The notes under the pieces are model-generated. The model saw only the letters and a list, made by a program, of their open reading frames with translations. It had not been told where the DNA came from and made no database searches. From positions 49,538,001 through 49,602,000 of the forward strand of contig NC_043005.1 of NCBI RefSeq assembly GCF_006345805.1: 64,000 bases of DNA. The letters run 5' to 3'. The stretch is from Octopus sinensis. Taxonomy: Eukaryota. Every line of letters starts with the position of its first letter. The first letter of the stretch is position 1. Position numbers and translations under genes: made by a program. This document shows positions 11,340-25,317 of this stretch, piece by piece.

Positions 11340-13290
11340 AGAAAAAAAAGAAAAAAAAACGATCAATAGGGGTCGTGTATCACAGAAATGTCACGATGTA
11401 AAGTGTAAAGGGGGAAGCAGATAAGATTTATCCATGGAAAGAAAAGCCTACGGAAAAGACCACGGTAACCTCGGTCAATAATGTCATATGTTAACACACA
11501 GCATGTGTCAGTTTCCACTGTTAGTCTCAAGTTTTCTGTGAGCTTCATTCCTAGCAGCTTTAGCTTGCAGATTTTGTTGATGCTATTAATTTGCTGTTGC
11601 TGCCCTGAGCACTCTTGTGTTTGGCAGCATAAAATGTAAGTGGAGCACATGATCATTGATGTTGTAAATGTAGAGGTAATGGCTCCTTGAACTTATTCCA
11701 GCCTGTTTGAATTCTGGCTACTATGCTTTTGAAACACATACCTCACTGCTGTCAATTACTTCGAGATAGTTATCTGGGTATCTGAAAGAATTTATCTCTT
11801 GAGCACCCTTAGTACTTATTTCCCCAATGTACCTGTTGCTTATGTAACCTACAATCTCTGTTAGCCTTTCTATGACCCCACTACATCTTTTCTGTCTGTT
11901 GCTTTCTGGGTCCATCTTATGGAATGTCTACTGACTCCTTTTCTACAAATGGAACACAGCCATTTCCTTGATGCTATAAGGGTCATTCCTAAAACTTTAG
12001 TCTACATTAAGTTTACTTTTAAACCTTTCATTCCAGGCTTTACTTCCAAGCCTTGAATTTTTGTTTCAAGTTTTCTTCAGATTCTGTAATAAAGTCATCA
12101 GTATACAGAAATCCCCAATGGCAACCACTCTCAAATTCCTATCACTTGTAAACTATGATAAACAAAAGCAGACTGAAATCTGAGCATTGATGAATCCCTA
12201 CCTGCACACTGAATTCATCACTCAAGATACCTCTGCCTCTCATCTTGCTGACTGAACCTCTGTACATGGTTTGTACAGACCTCACAGGCCATTCCTCTAC
12301 TCCTAACTTCCTTAGTGACAACTAGATAACAGCGCCAGGGACTCAATCAAAGGCCTTTCCAGATTGATGGGTGCTAGATGTAGGGGTTTACTCCTAGTTA
12401 TGTACTTCTCTTGCGATTATTTAATTAGGAATATGGCATCAGTGGTGCCTTTTCTTGAGATATAGTTGAACTACATCTCATTCAGGCTTTGATGGTTACA
12501 TAAAGTGTCATTTTGCAACAGCACTTTGTGTAACCTTCATAACCCGGTCTAGCAGTTTAACGCTTCTGTAATTACCTCTCTCTAGTGCATTTCCTTTCCC
12601 CTTGTAGCAGTTTGCAGTGGTACCACAGTGCCAGTATAGATTAAGGTACCTTCCTGTATTAAAAGGGTAAAGACCCCATTTAGTCATGAATAACCATGGA
12701 ATTGCACCTAGAAAGTTCCCCTCCAAGGTACAAATATGGGCAAGGTTGTTTATGGAAGACCAGCAGTTGCCAAAGCATACCAGCCTTCCCTCTCCATCCC
12801 ACCAATGTTATCTGAGGGAAAGGCAAAGGCCAATATAGCTTGGCACCAGTGATGTCACAAGTCATTTCTACTGCTGAGTGAACTGGAGTAGCATGAAATA
12901 AAGTGTCTTGCTCAAGAACATAACACACAGCCCGGTCCTGGATTCGAGCTCACTACTTTATGATTGTGAGCCTGATGTTCTAACCACCAACCCATATACC
13001 TTCCTGTATTACTTGATTCATTATTCAAGTGACTCTCTTGTACCATACTTTGCTAGATATTCTAAGTATCTTAGTGACTCTCCTAGTTGTTCAGCTACTC
13101 TCCTTGCTTCTGTTTCCTCTCATTGTGCCACCTACCATACTGTTATCAGTTTGGATGGCTGGTCTCTCTTCCCATGCATTCTCCACATTTGGCAGCTTAC
13201 TATAGTAAAATTTTCTTATCAACATCAGTAAGTGCACGTGTGTCACTATCATCTTGTACACATTTCTCCCTAACAACCTCTAAATTTTCT
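11340..13290 (-). pseudogene. Decayed non-LTR retrotransposon RT region (RTE-like), interrupted by a SINE at ~12690-13000
   Basis: Minus-strand fragments GNYRSVKLLDRVMKV, YTDDFITESEE (RT motif), KRCSG and NYLEVIDS; many stops and frameshifts. Confidence 0.65.
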
Positions 13291-13458
13291 CTAGTGTGCA
13301 CAGGCATGGCTGTGTGCTAAGAAGTTTGCTTCCCAACCACATAGTTCAGAGTTCAATCCCACTGCATGGCACCTTGGGCAAGTATCTTCTACTGTAGTCT
13401 CAGGCTGTTCAAAGCCTTGTGAGAGGATTTAGTAGACAGAAACTGAAAGTAGCCAGTC

Positions 13459-13496
<38 letters not shown>

Positions 13497-13595
13497 GTAC
13501 GTACGTACGTATGTATGTATGTACGTATGTATGTATGTACGTATGTATGTATATATGTATGTATGTACGTATGTATGTATATATGTATGTATGTA

Positions 13596-13632
<37 letters not shown>

Positions 13633-13925
13633 GTGTGTGTTTATCTTTGTGTCTGTGTTTGTCCTCCACCAGTGTTGGTGTGTTTACATCTCTGTGATTT
13701 GGGAGTTTGGGAAAAGAGATCGATAGAATAATTACCAGGCTTAAAAAGAATAAGTGTGTGGGTTGATTCATTCACTTAAAACTCAAGGTGATGCCCCAGC
13801 ATGGCCACAGTCTAATGACTGAAACAAATAAAAGATAAAAAGTATAGTTCACTATCTAGCAATGTGGACGTACATCATGCTTCTAATTTTCATGTCACAA
13901 ACTCCTTTTCTGCTTCCCCATTTTG

Positions 13926-13985
<60 letters not shown>

Positions 13986-13996
13986 ATATATATAAT

Positions 13997-14225
13997 GGTG
14001 GAGGTGTGTGGCTTAGTGGTTAGGGTGTTGGTCTCATGGTTGTAAGATTGTGGTTTCATTTCCTGGACCAGGCAATGCATTGTGTTCTTGAGCAAGACAC
14101 TTTATTTCATGTTACTCCAGTTCACTCAGCTGGTAAGAATGTGTAATCCTGAGATGGACAGATGTCCTGCCCAGGTGGGAAATATATATGCCCTGAAACC
14201 AGGAAACCAGCTCTTATGAATCAAC
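13997..14225 (+). mobile_element. tRNA-derived SINE family E (my label)
   Basis: ggcttagtggttagggtgttgg...cctggaccagg...tgttcttgagcaagacactttatttc. Related copies at about 12690-13000(-), 30080-30360, 49880-50115(-), 60910-61165(-). Confidence 0.7.
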
Positions 14226-14236
14226 ATATGTCACAC

Positions 14237-14772
14237 TGGTGAGACCCATATTGGAGTACGGGATTCAAGCCTCTTCTCCTTATCTCCTCAAAGACATACA
14301 GCATCTCGAAAGAGTCCAGAAGCTGGCTACCCGCATGGTTCTTGGTCTCAGGCATTTGTCTTATGAAGAAAGGCTGAAGACACTTGACCTTTATTCTCTA
14401 GAAAAACGACAACGCCGTGGTGATCTCATTCTTGCTCACAACATCATAAGCGGAAAGTGTAACCTCTCAAAAGAGCTGTTCTTCACTCCTGCTCCAGAGC
14501 GTCGGCTGCGGGGCCACTCTGAAAAGCTCTATCTGCAAGATTTCATCTCAATTGAAGGAGAGGGGCTTTCTCTGTCTGGGTTGCGAATCCGTGGAATAAG
14601 CTGCCGGACGAGATAGTGAAGATGCCAACGACCGCTTTGTTCAAAGTCTCCCTTGACCACAAGTGGCCTGAACTCTTTACATGAACACCACCCTGTACAT
14701 AACTCCATGTCCCCCTACATGGCCTTGCTTTTTGCTTTTTGAGCCAAAAAATTAACTTAACTAACTAACTAA
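14237..14772 (+). pseudogene. CR1-clade LINE 3' fragment
   Basis: RPILEYGIQASSPYLLKDIQHLERVQKLATRMV...LSYEERLKTLDLYSLEKRQRRGDLI is the typical CR1 ORF2 C-terminus. Ends in a (ctaa)n/(taac)n tail at about 14755-14772. Confidence 0.85.
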
Positions 14773-15037
14773 CATAACTCAAGAAGGAATCCTTACCCAA
14801 AACTTTATTATATATATACTTGATGTTTAGTTTCTCTTTTTCAGTTACTTGATATTATTGTCTGCTGCTCCTTCTCTTCAATTCTTTCCAAGCCTAACAC
14901 TGTCTACAGTATTGTTCCACCACCACATCACGTTGCATTTGGCTGTGACCTTGTATCAGCAACAGGTTTTGTCTGTAGCCTTCAGCAAATCATCTTATGA
15001 AATCTGCCAATTTTGCTCTAAGGTGTGCATACATATA

Positions 15038-15083
<46 letters not shown>

Positions 15084-15429
15084 GGTTTTTACTAAAGTGT
15101 GCATATTAAAACACATACATTCTCTCACTTTGTTAATCTCTCTCTCTCTCTTTCACACATATGTAGTTGTACAAGTCTAGATTTGTTTGCATTTATTATA
15201 ATAATACTCACCTATTTATATACACACACAATATAAACCATTCACTTATGCACAAATATAATATATATATATGTGTGTGTATGTGTGCATGTATATCATC
15301 ATCATTTAAGATTGGAAATGTAGGATGCCATGTGTATGATGGTGACTCATTTATTTATAGCCATTATGTGATGTCAAGATAAGGAGAGACTAACATTCTC
15401 TCTCACATGCACACACATATATCACAGTA

Positions 15430-16050
15430 TTGACAAAGCCATCAGATGCTATTGTACACTACTGGTCACAATGCGGTTCCAATTCTGTCTTGATTGCATC
15501 ATTCTTTTCCATCTCGACCCAAAACACTCAACTAAATTGTTTTCTCATTGTCAGGGAAGCTTTCCAAGTGGCCTTTTCCGATCTCTTGGATACCACTTGG
15601 CAAATGTGTGGTTCCACCTGTTATCAATGTGAGCCTTGCAACATGTCCAGCCCTGTGGAACTTGTACTTTTGGTATTCTGTGATCATGTCATTCACTCTG
15701 CTCTGTTCTCAAATTATCTCATTTTGAATGTCGTTGTGTAGTGATAAACCTAGCATGGATCATTCCATGGCTCTTTGTGTTGTAGCCAATTGATGTTCCA
15801 TCTTCTTTGTAGTAGCTCATGTCTCACTTGCATACCAGAGCACAGGTAGGATGGTGGCATTGAAGCATCTGGCGTCATGGTGATGTTTGTCTTTGTTTTG
15901 AATACATCCTTTATTGAGGTAAACACTTTCCACCCTGCCTTTATTCTCTTTGAGATTTCAGCATCCATATCTTAGTGCATATTCATTGTGTGCCCTAAGT
16001 AAACAACATACTCCTTTACCTCCTCAAGTCCATTGCTTTCCCCTCTATTT
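15430..16050 (-). pseudogene. RTE-clade LINE fragment
   Basis: DAEISKRIKAGWKVFTSIKDVFK and downstream decayed post-RT motifs. Related fragments at about 45130-45530(-), 49290-49860(-) and 50190-50690(-). Confidence 0.7.
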
Positions 16051-16053
16051 GGC

Positions 16054-16088
<35 letters not shown>

Positions 16089-16123
16089 TATAGATATATT
16101 AATCGAAGCGTACAATATTATAT

Positions 16124-16230
16124 ATCCATTACGGCCAGTCTTACCAATTGGTTTCACACTAGGGGTTCAACAGAGTATTAGGTAATAGTCTGATTATGTA
16201 ACCCTGTGCTCCTCAGTAGCCATTATGGAG
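16124..16230 (-). ncRNA. Hammerhead ribozyme, third copy of the 4.1-4.5 kb family, intact catalytic core
   Basis: Minus strand: TCCATAATGGCTA-CTGAGGA(16216-16210)-GCACAGGG...CCCCTAGTGT-GAAAC(16155-16151)-CAATTG-GTA-AGACTGGCCGTAATGGA. Lacks the 3 nt (CCT) that precede the core in the other two copies. Confidence 0.7.
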
Positions 16231-17964
16231 TGAAATACACACACACATGTACACACAATCGGCTTCTTTCAGTTTCCATGCCTCAAACCCACTTGTAGCA
16301 TGAGGTTACTGTAAAAGGGATTGCCCAAGCCACACTGTAGCACTGAACCCAAAACCATGTAGTTGGGAAACAAATTTCTTAACCAGACAGCAATGCCTGT
16401 ATCTATAACAGAATTTTCTTTTTTTTTCCACTATTTGAACTATATTACTTTTTACCAAATTAGAAGTCCTTATTTATTTAACACTCCTCTACTTTTAATC
16501 ATACTAAAATCCTTTATATTTAAAGAAAGGTATATCCTCATTTTCTCTCTGATCATATACTGTCAATCTCAATGAGATTTGAAACCAGAACTAGACATAG
16601 TAACACATTCTGTGCAGATGTTTCAGTCATTTCCACGATTTTATTCTCTCCAGATAAATATTATCCTGAACTACTAATTTTCCATTTAAAACCAAACCCT
16701 ACTAAACAACAAATGTCTCCCTAAAAAAAAATTATTAATAATAAGATTAAGAATTATATATTATAATCTCTTTATGACAGATTGTATCGTATAATTATAA
16801 GGTGAATATATTAGCATTTGACAGCTAAATAAGCAGCTGTTTAGATAGCCTACGTATATTTAACAAAAGTAGTAAAAAAAAAGCCTTGTGCTTGCTATAG
16901 TTTCAGGGGAAACAAAAATAAACTGAAACAATAGTCAGTTGACAGTCACATGGTAAACTGTATCATTCTTTTCTGCTTTCATATTTGCTTGAGTTTCACA
17001 CTAAAATTTAATCATGAGTAATCTGTTGATTATATATATGTGCATGTGTGCATGCATACGTGCGTGCGTGTGTATGTGTGTGTTTGTGTGTGTGTGAATG
17101 AACAAGAGAGAATGTTTGAATTCCTCAAATAATTTTTCATTTTCTTTTTACAGTGTAAAAACTGGTTTATGTAATCTGTATATTTTATTATTTTCATGGC
17201 TTATTATTAGCAGGCGTAGGTGTGGATGTGTGGTAAGAAGTTTACTTCCCAACCACGCAGTTCTGGGTTCAGTCTCACTGTATGGCACCTTGGACAAGTA
17301 CCTTCTGCTATAACTTCGAAGACCGAAGTCTTATGAATGGATTTGGCAGACAGAAACTGAAAGAAGCCTGTCATGTGTGTGCGTGTGTGCCTCCTTATCC
17401 TCACATTGCATCAAAGTTGTAAAATGATTGTCACTGTCATATAAGCAGTGTCATTTGTTTCCAATATTCTGTGAAAACATGTTTGGCCATGGTGAAATAT
17501 TACTTTTTAAATAATGGAAGGTTGGCAACAGCAAGGGCATCCAGCCATAGAAAATCTACCTCAGCAAATTCTCTCTGACCCAGGCAAACATAGAAAAGTG
17601 AACATTAAAATGATAATAATGATGATGATATTATATTTGTTATATTTAATACTAAATACTAAGTTAGGAAGTGTATACTGGATATATTTCAATCTAGGTC
17701 AACTGAAGGATCAAATTATGCCATGTCTTTTACCTCAATCTGAGATGTTCTGAACTCCTGTATTTTGAGCCACCAATTCAACGACCTAATTCATATCACT
17801 TCCTGGAACTTATTTTTGACATATTAATAGCATAAGGAACATATATTGTTAATATTTTTTTATACTAATATGCACCTCATCTCCTCTTACTGATCTGCCA
17901 AACCCATTTCTAGCCTCAAATTGCCCCTGATCCCATTACATATTTATGTTAAAGTGTTCATAAG

Positions 17965-18440
17965 GCAGTAAGCTGGCAGAATTGTTAGTGTGCTGGCCAA
18001 AATGCTTACGGCCATTTTGTCCATGTTTACTTTCTGAGTTCAGATTTTACTGAGTTTGACTTTGCTTTTCATCCTTTTGGGGGTCAATAAATTAAGTACC
18101 AGTAAAACGCTGAGGTTGATATAATCAACTACTCCCCTCCTATCAAATTTCAGGCTTTATACATTTAGTAGGAAGGATTATTATTATTAAAAGCAGCGAG
18201 CTGGCAGAATTGCTAGCATGCAAGCATCTTGTCCATCTTTATGTTCTGAGTTCAAATTCTGCTGGACAACTTTACCTTTCATCCTTTCAGGGTTGATAGA
18301 TTAAGTACCAGTTGAGCATTGGGGTCAGTGTAATTGACTTACCTCTTCCCCAGGGTCGACTTTGCCTTTCATCCTTTCAGGGTTGATAAATTAAGTACCA
18401 GTGAAATACTGGGATCAATGTAATCAACTTACTCCCTCCC
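17965..18440 (+). mobile_element. Cluster of SINE family C (my label) copies
   Basis: gagctggcagaattgttag...ttctgagttcaaatt...gactttgcctttcatcctttcggggtcgataaattaagtaccag. Further copies at about 8820-8975, 18836-19010, 19308-19500, 35935-36200, 37890-38100(-), 42110-42200(-), 54080-54285(-), 59770-60400. Confidence 0.8.
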
Positions 18441-20674
18441 CTAAAAATGCTTGGGGAAGGGCAAGAAACTAGGTGCCCAGTGCCAATTTGTGTTTGCTGT
18501 GTCTTGATGCCAACTAAATATATCATTTAGTTATTGACATCAAGTTATAGCAATATACAGGCCCCAGTGCATTGCCTTGTCCAGGGACCTTTAATACTGT
18601 TATGATGGCACTATAGATGTGTTTATATTTCCGAGAAAACATTAATTTCAATGATAAATTCAATTACTGCTCCTTCAAATTTTTATCTCTAACTCCAAGT
18701 TGTTTAGAAACTGATTCAACTGGGTTTTTTTAAAGTTACGAACAGAGTTATTAAGCAACCATTCTGTTTTAATGTCAAATTTTACACCAAGGTGATATCC
18801 TGACATATTCATTTAAATCAATATTAAAAGACAAAAAGGCGGTGAGCTGGCAGAATTGTTAGCATGCTGGGCAAAATGCTTACTGGCATTTCATCCAGAT
18901 TTATGTTCTGAGTTCAAATTGCACTGTGGTTTACACCACCTTTTGTTCTTTCAGGGTCAATGTAACTGACTTCTCCCCTTCCTCTAACTTGTTGGTCTTG
19001 TGCCAAAATTTTAAGCTAATGTTAACAGACACAAAATATTGGCAAAATGGATTTCTTCAGAAGTGAATAAAGACAAGACCCACATTCAGAATCATACACA
19101 ACCAATGAAGTCATCAATTTTACATTGAAGATGTGTACTTTCACCAAGTTATCGTCTTGCCAGCCATTCCTCTCTTATGATATGATTTTTAACTATGGCA
19201 TTTTAAACCGCTAAACTACACATTAAGCTTAATCTGTTAACTTAAAATGTAATGACTTCTGTATCCTTGCTTGTCTATTTAGCAGTCAATATTTACAAGT
19301 CTTAAGTTGGTAAGCTGGCAGATTTGTTGCCAGACTTAGTGGCATTTCATCTGTCTTTATGATCTTGGTCCAAATTCAGCCGAGGTTGACGTTGCCTTTC
19401 ATCCTTTTTGGGGTAAATAAGTACCAGTTGAACACTTGGGTCAAGGTAATTGACTTATGCCCTCCCCCAAATTGCTGGCCTTGTGCCAAAATTTGAAATC
19501 AATATCTACTAGTCTTTATTAGTCCATGTAGCAGTCTCCATATTGTGATATATATTCACAGCTATTTACCCAAGCAGCCAACCAACATCAAACACCAGGC
19601 TTACTTAATCAGTGCAGTTCTACTTTTAGGAAATCTTAAAATTAACCCTTTGAACTTGTAACACTGTTGCACTGCTCTACTGGTAGAGTGCATGGTCAAA
19701 TAAGGTTCAGGAGGTCAGGGCTCAAAGGGTTAAGTGTTGTTTCCATATCAAGTCTTGACAGTAATGTAAAGACATTATTTCATGTATTTCATGACAAACA
19801 GTTGACATTATTTTCACTAAATTATTAGTCTCATATTAAATAAAGACTCAATTTTTACTATTATATATCTTTCTTTATCCTGTCTCTTTACTAATGGTGA
19901 GATAGGCTCTGATTCTTTAGCTTCTTGTGTGAATTTCAATTTGATTTGTTCTCAATATTTCTCTTAAGTAATATGTCTCAAAGAGATAAGAAGAGAGAAA
20001 AGATAAAGAAAGAGAGCAGTTCTATTCCCAGCAAACTCTATAGTCTTTCTCTTTCTACAGATGTCTGTTCTAATCTACTGAAGTATACAATAGTGTGTTC
20101 CATTGCAAAAAGGCAACCTCTCTCTTTTTTAGAGATTAATTACGTTATTCACTATGTTCTTTTCTGTTTTTTTTTTTATTTTCCTTCCATTTTTTTTTTG
20201 GTAAAATGGTTTGACGTCATTTGAAGGAATTTGATTGCTATTTTTAGTAAGTTGATTAACTGCATATGGCTCCCTCTTGACTGGTTTCATTTATTATTGC
20301 TTTCATTAGCAAAATACTATATTGTTTCATGTTAATTAATGGTTCTTCAGTTCAGTACTCTTTTGTCTACAACAAAACCTTCACCACATAGAAAATATCA
20401 TTAGTTTAGTCAATTTTCCAGCATAAAACTTACTTTGAGACAATAATCATCATCATCAACACTTATAGAAAACTCTTCAAATAAAAACAATCTAGAAATT
20501 TAGTTATTCATATCATGATTGACTGACAGTTTTTTTTCCTGAAAACTTTTCTGAATGTGGATTAGAAAAGCAAAGAGTTAAACTTTTTGTTTCCATATTT
20601 TTGTTGAAATACTTTTATATTAATTAATTTTGACAATAGTGATGAGTTTAGTAAAATAACTTTGTCATTATTAA

Positions 20675-20895
20675 TCCTTTCATTACCAACCCAGCTGAAA
20701 CTGGCTCTGGCTCTGAATACAAATGTCTTGTTTTCATAAGTTTTGAATTAAAATCTTCCACCAAACCTTAGTTACAATTTATGTTCCTAACACTAGCTTA
20801 ATGATAACCAAATTATTTTACTAAATTTTTTTGTTATATTTAAAGTAATTGAAAGAAATACAGAGCATCTCAAAATAAATGCAGTAATGAAAGGG
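20675..20895. mobile_element. piggyBac-like MITE
   Basis: TIR (t/c)cctttcattac / gtaatgaaaggg flanked by TTAA (20671-20674, 20896-20899). Opposite-orientation copy at 56054-56273 flanked by ATAT. Confidence 0.7.
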
Positions 20896-21049
20896 TTAAG
20901 CTGATGTTTGGAACATAAGTTAAAATGTTTGTACCATAGAATCAAGGGTAAGATGAAGCAGTTTGGTATCAAAAAGGTAAATTGACATGAGGAATAATAC
21001 TGTAAATAGCAGTTGACTCTATTGTTTTAATCCTTTGGGAAGGTGGAAA

Positions 21050-21530
21050 ACCTTATCAGAAGTTCCAAGGCTTCTATTAAAATTAAAAGAAAGATCCTTA
21101 ATGAGTAGATCCTGCCAGTGATGATTTATGGTTGTGAAACATGGCTCTCAACACTACGATCATGAATGCCCTTGTAGTAGCCCAACAGAAAATTGAACAA
21201 ATCTTGCTTGGCATCACACTGCGGAACAAGAAAACCAATTCCTAGATTTTACAGCACACAAGTGTCAATGATATCATAAGGAACTACCAGAGGAACAAAT
21301 ATAAATGAGCTGGCCACATTGTGCAATTGAAGGACTACAGATGGACAATTAAGGTGATCGAATGAACACCAAGGTATTGGACAAGATGAAGAGGTCACCT
21401 AAAGACAAGATGGTATGATGATCTCACCCACTACCTGGCACTTACATGGCTATGACTGGCCAAAATCAGACAGCAGTGCAAGGAACCCAAGGAGAGGTTC
21501 CTCCTCCAGGAGTGATGAAGCCGTGGAAGA
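21050..21530 (+). pseudogene. RTE-clade LINE 3' fragment
   Basis: Decayed ILPVMIYGCETW...AQQKIEQILLGITLRNKK...AGHIVQLKDYRWT...TRWYDDL. Confidence 0.7.
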
Positions 21531-21769
21531 AGAAGCCTTATGATACCAACTCACTTGAGATCAACCTTAGTTTTATGATATAAATTTCCTATTTTAAACA
21601 GATTTAAATTTAAACCTTTCATCAAAACTTTGTGTTGATTTATGTTCCAAATCCAAGATTAATAATATTTTTACTTCTTATTTCAATAAGAAGTAATGTT
21701 TACCACCACATCATTATGACTGTTCCATTGGACTCAACGTTACTATTGTTTTTAACCTCAGAAAGTACC

Positions 21770-21960
21770 TTCCCTAGCTAGTTATTGATGCAATCTGCAC
21801 CTGATAGATATTGTGAGCAAGGGAGCAAACCCCTACCATCTCTCAGCAGATGACACCGTATGGTCTGGTGATCTTATCATCTGCTGGAAAATGGTAGGGG
21901 TTCACTCCCCTGCTTGCAATATATATCAGGTGCAGATTGCTTCAATGACCAGCTGGAGGA
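21770..21960. repeat. ~190-bp near-perfect hairpin (inverted repeat)
   Basis: agctagttattgatgcaatctgcacctgata...cccctaccat...cagcagatga pairs with tcatctgctg...atggtagggg...tatcaggtgcagattgcttcaatgaccagct. Confidence 0.85.
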
Positions 21961-23365
21961 GGCTCCTCCTGATGTTAGAATGGTAGTAATGTTAAGTCCT
22001 ATGGATCAGCCATATTACTGTGGTGATAACCATTACTTCACAGTATAGTTATTACTTTCATTTCTCATAGAGATTTTCTAACTAGCTTCTTTGCTTATTT
22101 TATTAAATTTTTCATTACTTCCAAAAATAATTAAAACAAAGGCAGTGTATTTCAACAGAATTATGGTAACTAAAGGCTTAAAGTACGGATGACCACCAAA
22201 TGTATTTTATAAACATAAAATTAAAGCTGTATAGATATAGCAATAACTAAGCATTAGATAATATTGTGATAGTCAGTAGGGTCATAGATGACTATTTACA
22301 CATTTAAAATAATGTTTATGAAAGAATTGAGAAACAGTGAGGGCTTTCAGTCTTATATAAATATCAACTCTAGAGGAATGAATTTCTTTAGATATTGTTT
22401 TCTGTATTTATAATACTTATAGAAATAAAGATTCTATATAAAAAGATGTAGAGTAGGAAGTCAAACCAGCCAACATGAAACTTAGTTTCAATACTACATT
22501 AAGATGTATATTTTGATCAACAATTATTTCACACCCATTTTTTTTTTATGATAACATGAAGAGGTGATTTGGAAATTTTAATAATTAATCATAAGAAATA
22601 TTTCTTTGCTGGATTGCTTTTTGATTACTAACTATAGGGAAGAAGCACTACATATTCTCTGCTTGACAAACTAAGACAAGAAGAGTCAAGTAACAAACAC
22701 AATGACTTGAGTAAATACTTCAACATTTGACCATGTTATCAGCATTTGAACTTCATCACCTTACAACGATTCAAGTCTATAATATGACTTAAAATACCTT
22801 GTGTATTTTCCAGCATACAATTTGATATACTACATCATGTAAAACTGTTGCGTAAACATTTAACTCTTTTCTTAATATATTTCTGTTCAAATGCATTGTT
22901 TTTTTTCAATTGATTTTAAAAATAATGAAGAATTTAGTAAACTAACTTTGTAATTATCAATTAACATGTACATCAATTTAAAATAGGAACTTGTTACATA
23001 GAGCTAGCAGTGGTCTCAGGTGGGTTGGTATCAAATGTTAGTCAAGGACAGCTGTTGCTGTTTTAAGGCCCTGATCAGTCCTGGTCCAGCAGGCCTACAA
23101 TTAAAGATGTTTAACTTCTCTTTTATGCAAACAATGCACCCAGGACTACATAATCCAATGTGTCCTTCTTTTTGACTTTTATGGGTGGAGGTGATCTGAG
23201 GAAGATTTAGTTGCTGTTTCTAGTAGTTGAGAAGCTGTATAGAGTTCTTTGTTCTTGAGTTTTCTCATAATTCACACTCAATATAAAAACATTTTTTGGT
23301 TTAATTTTGACAATAACATAATATTAAGATTTTAGTTGCATGCATGTACATGTGCACACATGCAT

Positions 23366-23415
<50 letters not shown>

Positions 23416-23540
23416 AATTTTAGCCAATGCAGTGTATTTTGGAACTGGTTTTTAATTTTCAGTATTTCAACCAACACTCCTTTTAAGAATTCATTTTTAT
23501 ACATTTTTTACAATGCTTCTAAAATATTTTACAAGTGTTG

Positions 23541-23690
23541 TATGTATGTATGTATGTATGTATGTATGTATGTATGTATGTATGTATGTATGTATGTATG
23601 TATGTATGTATGTATGTATGTATGTATGTATGTATGCATGCATGCATGTATGTATGCATGTATGCATGCATGCATGCATGTATTATGTAT
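23541..23690. repeat. (ATGT)n/(ATGC)n tetranucleotide microsatellite
   Basis: Direct reading. One of many (AT)n, (AC)n, (ATAC)n and (AG)n tracts, e.g. about 2770-3240, 13458-13640, 24575-24695, 31385-31670, 44565-45065. Confidence 0.95.
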
Positions 23691-24597
23691 GTATTTGAAA
23701 ATGCAGTTTAATTATTTTGTTATAAACAGGGTCTTTTCGAAAACTCCTATTCTGTTTAGTATTATGTTTAGTAAAGATGTAATTACAGAACACACCACTC
23801 TGCCAATGCACTTAGTAACACTGGCCAAGGCTGATCTAAATCACTCCATCACTAATGAGAAGACACTAGGACAACATCTGTGTAGCTGGCAGGTACCACA
23901 TCTGTCTGGATACTTACTGTATGCAACAAACCATGTTTGTCTTTTTGTTACAGTAGTCATTGCTTACAAATGAAACATGCATTCATCAGGCTTATGCAAG
24001 CCTTGGCTCTATGTGTTACAGTACATGTGTAAGGACTAGGAACCTCTGATCATATTCTCTCTGTTTCTGACAAGAAACAAAGCAATACAAATTTTGAGCA
24101 AAATTAAACATATAAGCAAGCAACTAGATGAATGGTTGGATTTTTAACTCTGCATGCATTAAAAAAAATTTACTACCGGTACATGCCACCAAAATTCCAC
24201 TAAAAATTGCTGTATCCAAACACTTAGACATTGGTATAAAACCATACTACAGAAGAACACGTATCACCATTTAATTTTCAGTCAATTTAATTTTTTTGAG
24301 TTATTTCCCTTGCTCTTCTTCACAAAAATTGTTGTTTATGTTCATTTTTTTTTCTTCTCATTTTGAGTTGAATTTCCATTGATTAAAGATTATTTTTGAC
24401 TCACAACAGTATTTTAGCTGTGTGATAAAGAAGCTTGCTTTGCAATCATGTGGTTTTAAGTTCAGTTCCATTGCACAGTAACTTAGGCCAGTTTCTTCTT
24501 CTGCAGCCTTGGGCTGACCAATGCCTTGTGGGTGAATTTGGTAGACAGAAACATAAGGTGTAGACAACTACCATACACACACACACACACAAATATA

Positions 24598-24696
<99 letters not shown>

Positions 24697-24744
24697 GCAG
24701 TTGTGATGTGAAGGAGGAAAAGAAAGAAGCAGAGAGAGAAATAT

Positions 24745-25300
24745 GCTAGTCTTACCTGTCCATCTGGAAGGGTCACTCATAACATCTGCCACTGTACCGT
24801 CTATCTATGTGGAAGGGGTCGCTCACAACGTCCACGTGCTCTGTCTGCTGCCGTACCATCGAACAGGTCTGCTCTCATACGTTGTCCACTTCCAACTGAC
24901 TGCTCTGCCTCGCCAACCCCACATGCCTACCACAGCCTTTCTGGTGGGACCCACAGGCCCCACTTCCGACAAGACATGCATACTCCCTCACTTCTGATCC
25001 TTCCCTACAACACAGCCTGGCTCATAACACCAGATGCCATCCCTGATCTGAAGATCATTCAACTAACCTCCCCACACCCTCTCCTCAACCCTGACCACAC
25101 ACTTTAACTTGTCTTGTAATCAGCCAACCAGTGAGAAGGGCATCGCTCCCTCTGCAACTGCCGTGGGACTTCAGGACTGGCCTCAGTCCCTGGCATGTTG
25201 CTGCCAGCTTCATCCTCTTGTCCATTACTATTAGCTCCATCCTCTGATGCATTGATGATCCTGCACACATCCAAAGCATGATGTGGCATGCCATCTACAG
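24745..25300 (-). pseudogene. Probable Gypsy LTR-retrotransposon remnant (post-integrase region)
   Basis: Minus translation ...PEVPRQLQRERCPSHWLADY resembles the R-x-R-x-x-P-x-W-L-x-D-Y ending of Gypsy pol; GC-richer than the flanks. Confidence 0.4.
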
Positions 25301-25317
25301 ACACACATGCCTACCAC

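Noticed and set aside
20311-20352. Minus-strand CTGAAGA...GAAAC-AATATA-GTA hammerhead-like spacing
   Set aside because: Stems I and II barely pair; expected by chance in AT-rich DNA.
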